A stretch of DNA of 63,941 nucleotides, counting the filler, from Barthelona sp. PAP020 (taxonomy: Eukaryota), in assembly GCA_040182905.1 (NCBI GenBank). It is 3 parts of 3 records of this genome, joined end to end, with 100 filler letters (N's around TTAATTAATTAA, not from the genome) between each part and the next. Parts side by side here need not be neighbours in the genome. Positions count along the whole stretch, not along the records: positions 47,158 to 63,941 come from JARQWU010000255.1; 2 more parts are not named here. One strand, 5' to 3'. This document shows, one piece after another, positions 62,301-63,941 of the stretch. A model generated the notes under the pieces. It was not told where the DNA came from. It made no database searches and was given only the letters and a program-made list of their open reading frames with translations. The translations under genes and the position numbers were made by a program. Numbering within the stretch: the first letter of the stretch is position 1; each line of letters starts with the position of its first letter.

Positions 62301-62954
62301 ATTGATGACATGATAATTAATTTTCATGAAACTGACCTTATCAATGAGGCGATTGAATTAGCTTTACCCATTGCACTTACCAGATTTTTGTCTTTTGCCG
62401 ATGATGACACCGATCATCTATCCCTTGATCAAACCATTGCATACTTTCTCAATCTATGTGCTCAATACAAGTTTTCACTTGTGGAAGCGTATGTTTTGGA
62501 TGTGTATAAAAAAGCCTTTTCTCTTTTGGAAGGTGGCAATTTTGATGTTACAAATGCAGGTGAATTTAGAGATAATTTGTTGAGCCTGTTGATTCACATT
62601 CTATATTCTTCACCTTCAGAAATTTTTGGTGATTCATTATCAGAAGAATGGATCAAGGTTGTTCAATTTTTACCATTGACAAAGGATTTTCTTGAAGCAA
62701 ATACATTATTCAAGTTGTTTATTGAATTGATAGAAAATAATTATGGTCCTGTATGTCAACAATCAGAAGTTACAATGAAAATTTTGGTTTGTTTCATTGA
62801 TAGTCTACACAGTAAATTTTTGAGTGAAGAATTGAATAGTAGAATTAGGACCATATTTATCAATGTTTTTTCTGATGCAGAAGGGTTATTAAACTCTTTT
62901 GCAAATGAATTGACCAAAAAATCTCAGAAAAAATTGCAGAATTTGCTTGAATAA
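59400..62954 (+). CDS. Karyopherin-beta, importin-5 (IPO5/Pse1)-like (1184 aa)
   Basis: Acidic HEAT-repeat protein with EWNQRIGGINALSACTEG, DDHKRVRHVA, EEKAAICRAL, RDNLLS and FLPLTKDFLEA. Confidence 0.88.
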   Translation: MDFTTQDVLNNFELLIFNIKDQSDYSVFESNIETFLKLPNQFVLVLLDIIESNDCDCSIRETSLDFLVKYCAYGTESIFSELSSETHLVIRQKLEDLIEILLINITQEKEVDSIQLSLFKKVCQTFGILIENLGFEFFSKTSEIIEILCCCDTHEDIRLIGFESITQFAPRLNDDNDMLNICCSLVVDSLNNENIPEVIVCSIKAWCAITSHINGREQIDLLSSLMDRVLELLDMCLHVEVDPDDSNDLEIKEEAEKQACIIISELNELANARMRAVKPYLVHIVSKMLDIMESSNLEASDPNYLGLMTAQSAIQFVLDLLETIPERMIQIPNFVNRVIGWLLSQMIKTPEDEKWETKRELTLEDDEKLAPVFFADVAIGRFALKVPGQILLNSLSEYVEPLLSADEWNQRIGGINALSACTEGLIANCIPLELLEGLTATILEMMNDDHKRVRHVAIHCMSEFITNFPDFVDMFGDAFLEAGLGRRETETVEKNLAPLADAFVLLLETAEDSYIVEDYKDELVDFALDLLNREASWVVQSGLNLFAAIAICLKEDFSEYYEDVAEMLQELLNSIGADDSSLDQDQKLLRSVIYDVWSLIGFHTKNDTFKAHSHDIMVAVTNLKTNLSTDDPLNETYFVLFSRVASVLGNEIGDLLDSFMDSALPILQEPEDIKYQTITDINEFEIAADEPGYVTFLSGDQKFSYNRSQAEEKAAICRALATVVSVAEHAFSLYLSDTLSICIQMFKTNFVELLPDVLTLASSLMGLVKLLNEDDDVETREQQLSIFADMFNSFIKAFLQVFLNLKANKEGELIPAKSDFVFDFSWLSDANVAMKSFLNIVSCYSPYLNRQNYVEIFSMMNMILEHVKELRENTEEEIDDEYLAEDEFAEYQLLLGIGITIGHMMRHLGMNNIDLLLSFFENDIFQYFTGINKENVHDDDENGTVSQDDSSFELGERMLDAQFYLSVIDDMIINFHETDLINEAIELALPIALTRFLSFADDDTDHLSLDQTIAYFLNLCAQYKFSLVEAYVLDVYKKAFSLLEGGNFDVTNAGEFRDNLLSLLIHILYSSPSEIFGDSLSEEWIKVVQFLPLTKDFLEANTLFKLFIELIENNYGPVCQQSEVTMKILVCFIDSLHSKFLSEELNSRIRTIFINVFSDAEGLLNSFANELTKKSQKKLQNLLE

Positions 62955-63645
62955 TTTTAAACACTCCACGGTTTTTCTTTTTGGAGGAAATATAAAAAAT
63001 TTGTTTTTTTTTGTTTCTATTGATGGACAACTCTAAAATAGAACATCCAACATTCAACTGATCTTGAACAGCGATGATTTTGTGATTTTTTGATCATTCA
63101 CTCATCTTTGGAAATTGTTTGTTCTTTCTGAAATTCTCATTATTTCCAAGCCAACAAGCACTGTGCGCAAAGGTGAATAAAAAAGAATATTGTTCATTTG
63201 GTTGATAGCTTTGGCAGCCCAATTGATCTTTTGAGACTTTTAATTTTTTTAAGAAACGAAAATTGAAGTTTGAAAATTTAGCTATTATCAAATACAAAAA
63301 CTGGAATGGAAAATTCTTTTATTAGATATTTATGAGGTAGGAGTTGTTCAGTGAACAACGAAACGAGTTAGCTTAAGGTTTGGGAAAAAACTCACGTGGA
63401 TTCAGATGCCCAAGTAACTTAAAAATTGGACCTAAAGGTGGTCAGGAAACAACAAATAATGGAAGTGATATTTGGTGACCTCTTTATATCTCCAATAAAT
63501 TCCGTTCATTGAGCATGAACTTCCACATAATTCAAGAATTAAAATTAAAAGCAGTCTCACAATTTCTGCTTCATTTGTCTTCTTCAAAAAAAAAATATAA
63601 AATTAAATAAATAAAATAAAATAAAAATAAAATAATAATAATTGT

Positions 63646-63880
63646 TCCAGTTGTGAAACAACTACATTTATTTACATGGAAAAATAAGCAAAAAAAACTC
63701 GTTTCCTTAAATTTTAAAGACACAAAAATGAGTAGCTGTAATTGAATCTTACGTATCACTGGGAACACTTCGTCGAAATTAATAATTCTAAACCTTTTGA
63801 ATTTTAAACTTTATTGGTCCAGTTGTGAAACAAATATATTTATTTTTGGTCCAGTTGTGAAACAACTATATTTATTTACA
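63646..63880. repeat. Three copies of a ~30-bp direct repeat TCCAGTTGTGAAACAA(C/A)TA(C/T)ATTTATTT
   Basis: Copies start at 63646, 63818 and 63850; the last two are tandem with a 32-bp period. Confidence 0.9.
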
Positions 63881-63941
63881 AAGAAAGTAAACTCAGAAAA
63901 CTCATTCTAGCAAATTTCAGTCAAAATCCCAGGAGGGGAAT

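Noticed and set aside
1487..62583. Numerous 60-130 aa ORFs antisense or out of frame within long genes
   Set aside because: Shadow ORFs of AT-rich coding sequence with no motifs.
31196..62954. Functional clustering of ribosome-biogenesis genes (RPA49, DXO/Rai1, NMD3, RPA43, importin-5) or trafficking genes
   Set aside because: The genes lie on different contigs, are interspersed with unrelated genes, and such categories are common in a compact genome.
564..62954. Alternative genetic code or stop-codon reassignment
   Set aside because: Conserved proteins translate fully in the standard code, and all three stop codons terminate long ORFs.
63646..63880. CRISPR array
   Set aside because: Only three copies, two directly tandem with no spacer, irregular spacing, eukaryotic context and no cas genes.

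Overview
AT-rich, gene-dense, intron-poor eukaryotic DNA in the standard genetic code (TAA, TAG and TGA all end long ORFs). It is probably from a flagellated protist; a metamonad-like lineage is suggested only by intron structure (inference). The window is not contiguous: two artificial 100-nt spacers (44N-TTAATTAATTAA-44N, at 23585-23684 and 47058-47157) join three contigs. Contig 1 has VPS13, an ATP-grasp-like/Zn/C2 orphan and a 5'-truncated dynein heavy chain-like gene with degenerate nucleotide motifs. Contig 2 has a repeat-containing orphan, a VPS9 GEF, RPA49, LRRC40-like, SLC38A9-like, DXO/Rai1, CCP5/AGBL5-like, small ORFs, NMD3, a bacterial-type DUF21-CBS (CNNM/CorB) gene with a 35-nt intron, BLOC1S2, a 2-TM protein, SF1/BBP and a truncated histone-like gene. 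Contig 3 has a compact IRE1, a large orphan, a spliced Zn-knuckle gene, RPA43, COG2-like and importin-5. No CRISPR array, rRNA, tRNA or intact transposon was recognised, and I cannot demonstrate a wholly new system. The best leads are: short introns with the branch point next to the 3' splice site alongside an SF1 lacking its U2AF-binding motifs, the intron-bearing LGT candidate, the degenerate dynein, the minimal IRE1, and a ~290-bp dispersed element with conserved ends. All family calls come from motif recognition by eye, not database searches.
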